Virus record (IMG/VR): IMGVR_UViG_3300030419_006277
Coordinates: 1-64,000 of that record
Length of the DNA stretch: 64,000 nucleotides
Strand: one strand, 5' to 3'
From: an uncultured virus (IMG/VR IMGVR_UViG_3300030419_006277)
Taxonomy: Duplodnaviria > Heunggongvirae > Uroviricota > Caudoviricetes
Shown: positions 45,736 to 54,427 of the stretch, piece after piece
Numbering within the stretch: the first letter of the stretch is position 1
How the letters are laid out: every line of letters begins with the position of its first letter
Made by a program: the position numbers and the translations under genes
The notes under the pieces: model-generated
What the model was told of the DNA's origin: nothing
The model's database searches: none
What the model saw: the letters and a program-made list of their open reading frames with translations, nothing else

Positions 45736-46554
45736 GTGACGGATTTACATTGGGGATGGGTTTCTGTTGTTTCGAGGCGAAATACTTATTTAAAGAAACG
45801 TCCAGTGTCATTAGATGATTTGACTAATGATGAAAAAGCGAAAATTATGTCGGCGAGAGCTATTCGTCGTTGTCGGGTTTTAGATAGAATTGATGACCAT
45901 ACTCATTTAGAGACCGGATTGGGAGAATGGTGGTTTATCGATTCTCACTGGGATGGGTTGACAAATGAAAAGCCGAAGTTCCCATACGATACTGATGGTC
46001 ATTTAAAGTTTTTAAAAGACTTTCCTTATACCCATCAAGATAGTGATGGAGATGGATGGAAATTATCTCAATCTGTAGCTATAACTATGTGTTTATGTTA
46101 CTTAAATACTCCTGCTATTAATAGTCATGAAGCCTATTTAAAGGTGCTTAATAAGTATGGAAAGCCTACTTCTAGGCATGTAAATTCTCAGGCATTAAAA
46201 GATTTAGGTCTTCAAGCTTCTTACAGTTTTTCTTTTGACGATCAGGATATGAAAGAACAGCTTGATCAAGGTAAGCCTGTAATAGCAAAATTGTTGATCG
46301 ATGGCGCGTTTTCTAGACCTGCAGGTCGGTATCAGTTTCTCGTTGTTACTGGTTACGGAGAAGATTACTGGTTAGTACAGAATCCTCTTGGTCAATTAGA
46401 CGTTGAGAATGGTGGGTTTATGGATCAAGGAATCAATTCTGGGAAGGATAATCGATATAGTTTTGAACATATGAATCCTCGATTCATGTCAGAAGGGGGT
46501 TCTACAGGAGAATGTTGGTTTAATTTTCGAATTTTGAAGGAGCTTGGACGGTAA
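45736..46554 (+). CDS. Peptidase C39-like protein, catalytic residues apparently lost
   Basis: T.LKK.P N-terminal domain; L..GKPV; VVTGY....LVQNPLG; expected Cys/His/Asp not seen. Confidence 0.65.
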   Translation: MTDLHWGWVSVVSRRNTYLKKRPVSLDDLTNDEKAKIMSARAIRRCRVLDRIDDHTHLETGLGEWWFIDSHWDGLTNEKPKFPYDTDGHLKFLKDFPYTHQDSDGDGWKLSQSVAITMCLCYLNTPAINSHEAYLKVLNKYGKPTSRHVNSQALKDLGLQASYSFSFDDQDMKEQLDQGKPVIAKLLIDGAFSRPAGRYQFLVVTGYGEDYWLVQNPLGQLDVENGGFMDQGINSGKDNRYSFEHMNPRFMSEGGSTGECWFNFRILKELGR

Positions 46555-46592
46555 GTAGTCGCTATACTCATGGCAGTTATTCTTCTTTAAAT

Positions 46593-46799
46593 ATGCATGA
46601 GGATGTAAAGAAACAACTCAAAGAGCAGGCTGATGGCTTGCAAAAGGATATTAGAGCTGTAGAAGCTAATTTATTATTGCTTAAAGAGCAGTACTTGAAA
46701 GTCCAAGGTGCCTTAGAGTTGCTTGAGCATCTAAATAATGAAGAATCTAATAAAATAACTCAAACTGAGGAACAAAATGTTGAAGGAACTGACTCATAA
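46593..46799 (+). CDS. Coiled-coil hypothetical protein
   Basis: KEQYLKVQGALELL. Confidence 0.65.
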   Translation: MHEDVKKQLKEQADGLQKDIRAVEANLLLLKEQYLKVQGALELLEHLNNEESNKITQTEEQNVEGTDS

Positions 46800-47004
46800 T
46801 CGATATCGTGCTCTTGAACTACTTGCGGAGCATATACGGTCTCCGTCTCGTCAATTATCTTTGGACGCTATTGTCAGCGATATTAGCGATGAAGATCTTC
46901 GTTGGGTTACAGGAAAGATTCACTATTATTTGCTGAGATTACTTGAAGAAGCAGAGACTGAATCTGTCGAGGAAGATCTTAATCTTGGGGTTTGTGATAT
47001 TTAG
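46777..47004 (+). CDS. Hypothetical protein
   Basis: ORF in operon. Confidence 0.65.
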   Translation: MLKELTHNRYRALELLAEHIRSPSRQLSLDAIVSDISDEDLRWVTGKIHYYLLRLLEEAETESVEEDLNLGVCDI

Positions 47005-47041
47005 ATAAGTCTATGCATTTTACAGTTTTCTCAACTGCATA

Positions 47042-47413
47042 TTGCCTGTGTTTGATTGTGAGCACGACCTTTTAGCGAATTTAATTGTTATATCTCCAAA
47101 AAATGCAAGACGTCGGTTCAGAACTCAGATATTTGAAAATTGGAATTGGAGATGTGCTTATTGTGATGAAGAATTAACGACTGAAAACGCTACTATTGAT
47201 CACATTATTCCTAAATTTAAAGGTGGTCACCATGTAAGAAACAACATGTGCTGTTGTTGCTATTCATGTAATATCTCTAAAGGNNNNNNNNNNCTGATCT
47301 GGACTTTTGGTATGCCCCTAGTAATTATCATTATTGCGAGGAAAGGCTTGGTAAACTTAAAAGATGGATGCAGCAGGGTACTTACTCTTTTGAATTCTCA
47401 TCCTCGGACTTAG
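47042..47413 (+). CDS. HNH endonuclease (spans an N gap; 3' end uncertain)
   Basis: CAYC...TIDHIIPK.KGG....N...CC..CN.SK. Confidence 0.8.
   Translation: MPVFDCEHDLLANLIVISPKNARRRFRTQIFENWNWRCAYCDEELTTENATIDHIIPKFKGGHHVRNNMCCCCYSCNISKXXXXLIWTFGMPLVIIIIARKGLVNLKDGCSRVLTLLNSHPRT
47284..47293. other. Assembly gap (10 N)
   Basis: Run of N bases. Confidence 1.
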
Positions 47414-47431
47414 TTAAAAATTATTTAGACA

Positions 47432-47653
47432 ATGGAAAATCCTGCGGCCAAGAATTTCGTACAAGAATATGTCAGCAACATGCGATGGGATAATGAGATA
47501 ACTGGTGAAAGCAAGAATGCCAAGCTTGATAGGGAGATGCAGGAGCGTTATAAGCATCACTGGCCTGCTGGGGGCGATAAAGCTATGTACGGAACAGTAG
47601 ATGACACTCTTGCTGGCAAGATTAACGACGGTCGTTTTCCTCCGATTGTGTAG
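47432..47653 (+). CDS. Hypothetical protein
   Basis: 73-aa ORF. Confidence 0.6.
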   Translation: MENPAAKNFVQEYVSNMRWDNEITGESKNAKLDREMQERYKHHWPAGGDKAMYGTVDDTLAGKINDGRFPPIV

Positions 47654-47659
47654 TGAAGA

Positions 47660-48463
47660 TTAGATTAGACTCCAACTTCTCCACCACTTGGTTATTACAT
47701 ACTTATTATTTTGCACTGGTGGCAATGCTTCATGCATTGTTTTATAGTTTGGGACTCCGTTACGATATAAGTTATTCCAGGCTAACAACATACCTTCTTT
47801 CGGTTTTACTTTTAACTTAAGGTGTTTGAAATAGGTTTCACCACCTTCCTCTACGTCGTTTAAGTAGATCATACTTGTCCAAGTTCTTTGTCCCATCCAT
47901 TCGCAATAAGTTTTACATTCTTTAATTGCTAAAGGTGGGAAAAAATCATAATGTTCTTTGTAAAATTCTCCAGGTAAATACTTTTGCGCTTGCATAACTT
48001 CTCCGAGAAATGGGCGCAAGTCCAGTATGTCTGCAAGTTTTCTGTCTACATCTAAGTAAAAAGGATTGTCAAAATAGTGCAAGTCAGCGGTTGAGCTGGT
48101 TCGATAATCTGAGACATGGCACGTATCATTAGTATCTGAAACTGTAGATTTTCTTAGATTCTTATCTATAATCTCTCGTAATTTTTCACATTCTTCTTTA
48201 GTTAGAAAATTATCATATGAGTAAAGCTGAGTAAAAGGATAATATATTCTTTTCGCATCAGGATTTTTTGTTATTGCATTGTTATAAAACTCTTTATATT
48301 TGATTCTTTTTGGCGAAGGTTTAAAAGCGCATAATTCTATTAATTGATTAATATCACTATCTTCAAGTTTATAAAGTTCTTTGAATGTTCTAATTGTTTG
48401 TGTTTTACTTACGCCGCCTACTGCGGCTCTCATGAATTCTAAAGCAACATTACTATCTATCAT
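47660..48463 (-). CDS. Prolyl 4-hydroxylase-like 2OG-Fe(II) oxygenase
   Basis: RTSS; Y.PG.FYKEHYD; QRTWT.MIYLNDVEEGGET.F; HEALP...KY..TKW. Confidence 0.9.
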   Translation of the reverse strand: MIDSNVALEFMRAAVGGVSKTQTIRTFKELYKLEDSDINQLIELCAFKPSPKRIKYKEFYNNAITKNPDAKRIYYPFTQLYSYDNFLTKEECEKLREIIDKNLRKSTVSDTNDTCHVSDYRTSSTADLHYFDNPFYLDVDRKLADILDLRPFLGEVMQAQKYLPGEFYKEHYDFFPPLAIKECKTYCEWMGQRTWTSMIYLNDVEEGGETYFKHLKLKVKPKEGMLLAWNNLYRNGVPNYKTMHEALPPVQNNKYVITKWWRSWSLI

Positions 48464-48514
48464 TTTTAGATAATATTTGGATTACAATGTAATTGTTGGT
48501 AGTTATCCCTAAAA

Positions 48515-48688
48515 GTGGAATTTGTCGTCTTAAGCTTCATTGTACTCTTTGGAGGGAGCTATAGTGCAGGAACGATTCTATTAGGTCGCAACGCACGTCT
48601 AAACAAAGATTATGACACCAAGTCCAGGCAGTCACTTACAGCGTTACATTCGGGAAAGGTTGCCAGCGTTAGTACCTGGCGTTTTTGA
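48515..48688 (+). CDS. 57-aa membrane peptide (MEFVVLSFIVLFGG...)
   Basis: Manual translation from GTG. Confidence 0.4.
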   Translation: MEFVVLSFIVLFGGSYSAGTILLGRNARLNKDYDTKSRQSLTALHSGKVASVSTWRF

Positions 48689-48779
48689 AGGTATTAAGGA
48701 TATCCCTTATTACGCTGTTGATCAGCGTGGGGAGCCTCTAAAAGAGCCAGATTCTTGTCCTTCTATTGATCGCTGTTAG
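48612..48779 (+). CDS. 55-aa hypothetical protein (MTPSPGSHLQRYIRERLP...)
   Basis: Manual translation. Confidence 0.45.
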   Translation: MTPSPGSHLQRYIRERLPALVPGVFEGIKDIPYYAVDQRGEPLKEPDSCPSIDRC

Positions 48780-48836
48780 CGATTTATTGATCTTCTGTGT
48801 ATCGCTGGTAATATAAATATATAGTTTTGGCTGTTT

Positions 48837-49052
48837 ATGGATGCAATAGAGCTTCCAGTTGATGTTGAATTTTCAATTCACGCAGCTTCTTTGGCGATTC
48901 AAAACCTTGATAGGACTGAGTTGGAAGAGGCTTTCATCGAAATCCTCCATCAAAAAGCCTTGGATCGTCAAATGTTTTATGGCGTCCTAAAAGACCACGG
49001 CATAGACGCCGACATTAAATTCAACCTCTCCACTGTTGGGCAGATTTCTTAA
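48837..49052 (+). CDS. nblA: NblA-like phycobilisome degradation adaptor
   Basis: IEL.....FSI......IQNL...EL.......HQ....Q.F..VLK fits the cyanobacterial NblA pattern (L.LEQQF.I...V..MS..Q......Q.......LLK); 71 aa. Confidence 0.6.
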   Translation: MDAIELPVDVEFSIHAASLAIQNLDRTELEEAFIEILHQKALDRQMFYGVLKDHGIDADIKFNLSTVGQIS

Positions 49053-49057
49053 ATACC

Positions 49058-49444
49058 ATGGCTACTCGCACTTTTTCCGGCACTTTAGATACTTTTGAAA
49101 AGGACTCTGCGGCAGCTGAGATTACTTATCTTGGTCAAACTGCTGGGGGCAACTCTTCCGATCAAATAAGAGCCTTCCGTGTAAATCCAGGTGGCACTGG
49201 CGACATTAAAGTCACAATTGATAGTTCTAATGCACTAGCGAATATCGAAATCTTTCAAGAGGATGCTTACGCAACTGGGAATCCTCCTACTGGTTATCAG
49301 AAGTATTACAACATTGCAAAAGCTGGTAGAGGTAAAGGAGCTGTTGGTGTAACAGTTACTGACGCAGCTAAGAACTATGTTGTATTAATGGGTTTAGACG
49401 GCTATTCTGAAGTGAATTACAACGGAAACGTAGTTGTCCCATAA
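49058..49444 (+). CDS. Beta-rich hypothetical (putative structural) protein
   Basis: 128-aa ORF. Confidence 0.65.
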   Translation: MATRTFSGTLDTFEKDSAAAEITYLGQTAGGNSSDQIRAFRVNPGGTGDIKVTIDSSNALANIEIFQEDAYATGNPPTGYQKYYNIAKAGRGKGAVGVTVTDAAKNYVVLMGLDGYSEVNYNGNVVVP

Positions 49445-50183
49445 GAAGACTAATTCTCGAGAAGATAAGTTAAAATATCCATTTTTTACTGATAAAGGTT
49501 TTGAATTAATTAAGAGAACGACTCTTCCTAGAACTGATATAGGAATGGGTCGTTATGCGTCTTATAAAGATTATGGTGATATGGCTTGGTATATCGGTTA
49601 TGGGAGTACCACCATTAATGGTAGGGCTTTGCTAGCAAGTGATAAAGCAACTAGAGAAGAGATAGAGAAAGAGTTTGAAAAGGATTTAAAGGAATTTTCT
49701 AATCTTGTAAAAGAGTACGTTTTTGTCCCTCTTAATAATAATAGAAGAGCCGCTATTTTAAGTTTTGCTTACAGTATTGGTCTTTCTTCATTTAAGACTT
49801 GTCGTCTCTTGGAGTTGATAAATGAAAGAGCCTCAAAAAACAAGTTGATTAGAGAATGGAGTCCCTATATAAATCGTATATGGCAATCAGGTGGAGATTT
49901 AATGATTACTAAAAGACGTTTAGAACTTGATACTTATTTAGCAGCTAGTAAAGAGATTCCTACGCTAATTCCTCATCGTTGTCATGTTCAGGGTAAGAAA
50001 TGCTTATTGAACTTGGTTGAGACTTATAATGGGGCTCCCAATCAGTTGAAAGCAATTGAATATCTTGAGAAAAAGTTAGCTGTTTTTGATCCGTCGGGTC
50101 AAGTTTTAAAACGTTTTTTTCGTTATTGGTCTCAGAAGCCCACTGGTCTAGGATCTTTGCCGCATCCGGTTCAAAATGAGTGA
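49434..50183 (+). CDS. GH24 lysozyme-like protein with altered active site
   Basis: GFELIK...Y.D....W.IGYG; VPLN.N...AILSFAY.IG...F....LL..IN; L..RR..E. Confidence 0.75.
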   Translation: MSHKKTNSREDKLKYPFFTDKGFELIKRTTLPRTDIGMGRYASYKDYGDMAWYIGYGSTTINGRALLASDKATREEIEKEFEKDLKEFSNLVKEYVFVPLNNNRRAAILSFAYSIGLSSFKTCRLLELINERASKNKLIREWSPYINRIWQSGGDLMITKRRLELDTYLAASKEIPTLIPHRCHVQGKKCLLNLVETYNGAPNQLKAIEYLEKKLAVFDPSGQVLKRFFRYWSQKPTGLGSLPHPVQNE

Positions 50184-50250
50184 GCATATCGATTGCATCA
50201 ATTAATTGAAGTTCAGGTGTATAGTTTTCTAGGAATTCATCGTAATTCAT
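49960..50250 (-). CDS. Hypothetical protein (antisense overlap with the lysozyme-like gene)
   Basis: ATGA coupling to the upstream leftward gene. Confidence 0.5.
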   Translation of the reverse strand: MNYDEFLENYTPELQLIDAIDMLTHFEPDAAKILDQWASETNNEKNVLKLDPTDQKQLTFSQDIQLLSTDWEPHYKSQPSSISISYPEHDNDEELA

Positions 50251-50519
50251 TGAGAACCTTGTTTTAAACCAATTTTGAGAAGGATTAAATATCCAATCAA
50301 GTCCATTATGACATCTTCATCTTCTGCTAGTAGTCCTGCTCCCTTTTGAATTCTGTTGAGTTTATCGTCGATCCTTACAAGTAATTGTTCTATTGCACTC
50401 GATTTACTAAAAATTCTAGTTGGTTGAAGAGCTGAGTTACCATACTTTTGATTTTTATAAAGAAGTAGTTCCTTAACATCTTCACATACCGTCTTTATAG
50501 CTTGTTGTGTTTCTGTCAT
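50247..50519 (-). CDS. Nucleotide-modification-associated (DUF1599/Nmad1-like) protein; start at MTETQQ
   Basis: LL.KN.KYGNSA; RIDDKLNRI; D...DLIGY.ILL. Confidence 0.75.
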   Translation of the reverse strand: MTETQQAIKTVCEDVKELLLYKNQKYGNSALQPTRIFSKSSAIEQLLVRIDDKLNRIQKGAGLLAEDEDVIMDLIGYLILLKIGLKQGSQ

Positions 50520-50543
50520 GTTAGCTGCTAATACAATGGAAGT

Positions 50544-50693
50544 ATGCAAACCCAGTTTAGACATAGTTACGAAGTTGACAATCGTTACAGGGGCCTTGGC
50601 CGGGCGGCTGATGCATCTAATGCTCAGAATTTTTTAAAAACTTATATTACACGGTTACAAGATTCAGGTTTTCCTCGACCAAAAATTACTTAA
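50544..50693 (+). CDS. 49-aa hypothetical protein (MQTQFRHSYEVDNRYRG...)
   Basis: Manual translation; fills the gap between leftward genes. Confidence 0.45.
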   Translation: MQTQFRHSYEVDNRYRGLGRAADASNAQNFLKTYITRLQDSGFPRPKIT

Positions 50694-51319
50694 GAAATTA
50701 CTCTACCAATATTAGAAAAGATCTCTTCAAATTTTTTCGTTTGTTCAAATCCGTATTGTAGAGAAGGTAAGTAGATAAAGAATCCCCAAGAAATTGGTGA
50801 TTTAAGAGTAAATAATTTTTCTCCATGGATAAGATTGGCTTTTTTTGTTGGGATACAAATCGGGTAATCCCACATCTCTGGACACAGCCTCATCATTTCT
50901 GAATAAGTACTGAAGAATAAAGCTTCTGGGATATTTCTTAATTTCCATTCTCTTATGAGCCTGCGAAACCAGATTATGGAGGGGGCTTTTGATGATGGAC
51001 CAGCACGCGAGCTCCATCTCCAAGTTCCTCTTTCTTTATTAAACGAGCAGCGGCCATAAGTAGGTGGGAATAGATAGGTTTTCCCAGTCCATGGGGCTTC
51101 TATATTTAATCCATCGTCTTTTAAAGTGTATATTTTTTTCGCTCTTAAAAATTCAGCATTTGCATGATGAGTAGAGCATGGATCTAAGTCAATATCGCCT
51201 AATAAAGCGGATATATAAGGAATAAATTCACAAGGGGTAAGCCAATCATGACTTATGTGAGCTACTCGTCCTATTAAAAACTTGTAGTCTTCCCAGGTTA
51301 GTTTTTTCTTTTTTTTCAC
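50690..51319 (-). CDS. Phage Dam-family N6-adenine DNA methyltransferase-like protein
   Basis: DW.TP; IDLDPCS; DDGL...W.GK; motif IV reads FPPTY instead of NPPY. Confidence 0.7.
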   Translation of the reverse strand: MKKKKKLTWEDYKFLIGRVAHISHDWLTPCEFIPYISALLGDIDLDPCSTHHANAEFLRAKKIYTLKDDGLNIEAPWTGKTYLFPPTYGRCSFNKERGTWRWSSRAGPSSKAPSIIWFRRLIREWKLRNIPEALFFSTYSEMMRLCPEMWDYPICIPTKKANLIHGEKLFTLKSPISWGFFIYLPSLQYGFEQTKKFEEIFSNIGRVIS

Positions 51320-51723
51320 ATCTGTGTGAAATTAGCTCCTTCACAATCAATTTTGTAGTGAACTAGTGACATTTTTTCTTTATCTTGAATGATAAATAAG
51401 GCTTCTTTTTCTGGTTCTATTGCTTCTGATCTATTTATTGCATTTTTTAGTACATCCGCAACTCCACTCATATCTCGCTTATTAAAGTCATCAACAGCTA
51501 TTTTCAGTGCTTCTAAATTTAGATAGAACATACTTTTTTTCTCATCTATAGCATCTGGAACATAAACCATTGCTCCAGGTCCTTCATTTTTATGGAATCC
51601 TTTGTAAAATTCGCACATATCTGCACATATGCGCTCAACTGTAAGTTTCATCAAAGTTGCTTCATCTTCTCCCGTGACACTCCTCATGAGTTGCTTTACA
51701 AGTCTGTCTCTCCTACTGGCCAT
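51316..51723 (-). CDS. Hypothetical protein
   Basis: 135-aa ORF. Confidence 0.7.
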   Translation of the reverse strand: MASRRDRLVKQLMRSVTGEDEATLMKLTVERICADMCEFYKGFHKNEGPGAMVYVPDAIDEKKSMFYLNLEALKIAVDDFNKRDMSGVADVLKNAINRSEAIEPEKEALFIIQDKEKMSLVHYKIDCEGANFTQM

Positions 51724-51748
51724 AAAATTCTCCTGATACCTTAGCTTA

Positions 51749-52342
51749 TCAAGTTTTTTGCTTAATTACAGCCTCTTTTGGGATTTCTATCTTAATTAAG
51801 TTGCCTAGACCTGATTTTTTGAGTGTTTCTAGTAATTTTGGGAGTGGCCTATAAAGAACAACTGCTTTTTGCATATTCCCAATTTTCTTAATTAGTTTTC
51901 CATTTCCGTCTCGTAATTTAGTTAATTCTCCTTGTCTAATTAAATATTCTGCTACACATCGATAACGGCGCTTTTCAGCTAAATTGATTTCCGGATACCG
52001 GTCGCAGATAGTGCTTGTTTTCATGTCACTGAAAGTAAGTCGAATTTGATCTGCTAGTGATAATCCCAGCATGAGATCAGTGGTACTCGTTTCATAACTA
52101 CAAACAAGCTCCAAGTATCTTCGGAGGTCTGCAGTTTCAAAACTTCCAGAGGGTGGTATAAAGATCTCTGTTTGTGTAATTAACGATTGACAAAGAGTTT
52201 CTTTGTAGTTTTCTACCGTTACAGATTCAATGTCTAAATCTACAAAGCGGTAACTTTGATAAACATTAGCTTTATCTTCACTGGGTTCATAATTGGTTTG
52301 TTGTAATAGGTCTAACCAATCCTCGTTAATGCTCTCTGTCAT
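51749..52342 (-). CDS. Hypothetical protein with a winged-helix-like C-terminus
   Basis: AEYLIRQGELTK.....VVLYRP pattern. Confidence 0.7.
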   Translation of the reverse strand: MTESINEDWLDLLQQTNYEPSEDKANVYQSYRFVDLDIESVTVENYKETLCQSLITQTEIFIPPSGSFETADLRRYLELVCSYETSTTDLMLGLSLADQIRLTFSDMKTSTICDRYPEINLAEKRRYRCVAEYLIRQGELTKLRDGNGKLIKKIGNMQKAVVLYRPLPKLLETLKKSGLGNLIKIEIPKEAVIKQKT

Positions 52343-52740
52343 TCGAGGACCTTATCTGAGGTGATCTTAGCTGAATTTTTATATTTGTCCCATTGTATTT
52401 TGTGATCAATTAAAAGTACAAACTCGTAATACTCACGTATATCTGCCATGTGGTCTTTAATTGATACTACATGGTGCCATTGAGGACCGTGTAATTCTTT
52501 CAATCGTTTTCTGCATTTTTCGATGGATCCTCCATAATTTTCTGCTTCCCATAGTGCTTTTGCGAACATTTGTTGTTGGTGAGTAAGTAGCGGTTTTAGT
52601 TCTTTAATGGACAAATTGGATATAAGGTCGCTAAACTCTGTTAGGAAAGGATATTCTTCACTATGCGCCGACCCATCACTTATGCTGAGTTGCTCCTCAT
52701 TTTGGCGCTTCTCCCCGTTGGTGTCATTGGGGTTCAGCAT
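52339..52740 (-). CDS. Hypothetical protein
   Basis: 133-aa ORF. Confidence 0.65.
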   Translation of the reverse strand: MLNPNDTNGEKRQNEEQLSISDGSAHSEEYPFLTEFSDLISNLSIKELKPLLTHQQQMFAKALWEAENYGGSIEKCRKRLKELHGPQWHHVVSIKDHMADIREYYEFVLLIDHKIQWDKYKNSAKITSDKVLE

Positions 52741-52795
52741 TTACACGAGTTTGTGACAGATAGAATCAGTATAGAAGTTAAATTTAAATGAAGCT

Positions 52796-53365
52796 ATGGG
52801 TGGATCTAGACCCCCTGGACAAGTAGTAGTGATGCCAGAAAAGAAGCCTGCAGCGCAGACTTTTTTACAAATTACACCGCAATCAAGTTTTCAGGCTCTT
52901 GCGGATTCTCAGAAGCGTATAGAGGAGGAAACAAATAAGATCCAACAACAGCGTTATGACGAAGTAGGTACTCCTTCTGAAATAGGGGCACGTATGGCTG
53001 GAAGAAGAGTACAAGAGGCAGCTTCATATTTAGCTTCTTTACCAACTGGGCAAGATAGACCTGTTGGATTCCAGAAAACTCCTAGACCTTTTGATATCCA
53101 GTCTACTTCACAAGGGACAGCTACTGTTCCAACTACTCAGATAGCAGCAGCTCAACCAGGAATAACTACTCCTCCTGCCGTATCTTCTAAATTCCAACCA
53201 GCAGTTGATGCAGCTGCACTTCGGTTACAGAATGCCATGACTGCGTATACAAAAGCCAAGCAGAGAGCTGATACAGCTGGGCGTCCTCAAGGAACTATTT
53301 CACCTACCCCAGAATGGGCGAAAATCGAAGATAAAGAATGGCAACCTAAACAGGTTAACGTTTAA
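52796..53365 (+). CDS. Hypothetical (putative virion) protein
   Basis: MGG.RP N-terminus like 18643-19161. Confidence 0.65.
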   Translation: MGGSRPPGQVVVMPEKKPAAQTFLQITPQSSFQALADSQKRIEEETNKIQQQRYDEVGTPSEIGARMAGRRVQEAASYLASLPTGQDRPVGFQKTPRPFDIQSTSQGTATVPTTQIAAAQPGITTPPAVSSKFQPAVDAAALRLQNAMTAYTKAKQRADTAGRPQGTISPTPEWAKIEDKEWQPKQVNV

Positions 53366-54042
53366 ACAGTAAGCAGAGAACCGAAGTCTAGAGTTTCATC
53401 TGCAGCAACAGTAATTGAGCCCCATTTTAGGGATTCATCAACTGTTTCATAGACATATCTCCAATCAAGTATAGAAACGTTAATTCCAATGGAGTAAGTT
53501 GTTTTTAAGTATCTAAAATCGTTTGTTATTAGAAAAATATAATCCCCTGGGTTGAGCGCTTTTGCAGGGTAATCTGGTTGTGCGAGTGTTCCATCTTCAT
53601 CTAAATAATCAATAGCACTTTCATCATATACATATCCTTGATCATTGATAGGTAGTTCTTCTCTTCTTTTATCTCTATCTATCCGATAAAATGAAAGTAA
53701 TGTGTTTTTATTTGTTTTTTCTTCATAGGCAAATTGTGATTGTAATTGGGTGAATTGAATAAATCTTGGTTGAGTTAATTTTATTTTGAAGAATGTTGTT
53801 ACTTGACGAGTTAATCCACCATGCGTGTTATTTATAACTACTGTTCGAAATATACTATTAAAACTACCTAAATCGATAGGATCATTGAGATTATCGCCGT
53901 GTCTTGCAGGTAATGGGTCGGAACCAAAGTAAGTTGTTGGGCCATATGCGGTAGGACCCGCACCACCAGTTGGGTATGACTCTACAGTTCCTAGATTATA
54001 AAATCCAAGATTATTCGGAATTGTTGTTAGAAACCTCGCCAT
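53362..54042 (-). CDS. Hypothetical (putative structural) protein
   Basis: 226-aa ORF; C-terminal WGSIT...LDFGSL. Confidence 0.7.
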   Translation of the reverse strand: MARFLTTIPNNLGFYNLGTVESYPTGGAGPTAYGPTTYFGSDPLPARHGDNLNDPIDLGSFNSIFRTVVINNTHGGLTRQVTTFFKIKLTQPRFIQFTQLQSQFAYEEKTNKNTLLSFYRIDRDKRREELPINDQGYVYDESAIDYLDEDGTLAQPDYPAKALNPGDYIFLITNDFRYLKTTYSIGINVSILDWRYVYETVDESLKWGSITVAADETLDFGSLLTV

Positions 54043-54427
54043 ATTCTGCGGCTAGACCAGTATAGACGCCGTGCATAGGATGCTCGGGATTATCTCTACC
54101 GGATTTCTTATATCGTTCATCCATTATTCTAACTCGCTCAGCCATAGCCTTAACTCCTTCTCGCCCCTGACTCTCTTCTGCAATTGTGGGGTAAGCTTTA
54201 TAATCTAAAGCTTTTTCTAAAAAAGGCCTAACCATTTCTGCTTCTTCTTCTGTATTAAACCAAGCTGAGTAATGCATGCTTGCTCCTATGGAGACTAAGG
54301 CTGCATATTGTTTTTCTTCTAGGTGATAGTTGCTAGGGATGACACTACTTTCCTTGAATACTACTTTGTTTCTTTTTGTAGTGTTCGAAGATGTTTCCGT
54401 GGTTGAGTCGGATTCTCTTAACTTCAT
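54011..54427 (-). CDS. Hypothetical protein (start may be 54277, MHYSAW)
   Basis: Y..SGRDNP.HPMHG.YTGL motif. Confidence 0.6.
   Translation of the reverse strand: MKLRESDSTTETSSNTTKRNKVVFKESSVIPSNYHLEEKQYAALVSIGASMHYSAWFNTEEEAEMVRPFLEKALDYKAYPTIAEESQGREGVKAMAERVRIMDERYKKSGRDNPEHPMHGVYTGLAAEYGEVSNNNSE

Noticed and set aside
47284..47413. Frameshifted or pseudogenised HNH gene
   Set aside because: The 10-N gap is probably a placeholder length. Another frame after it reads DLDFWY...YCEERLGKLKRWM, a plausible HNH C-terminus, so the shift is likely an artefact.
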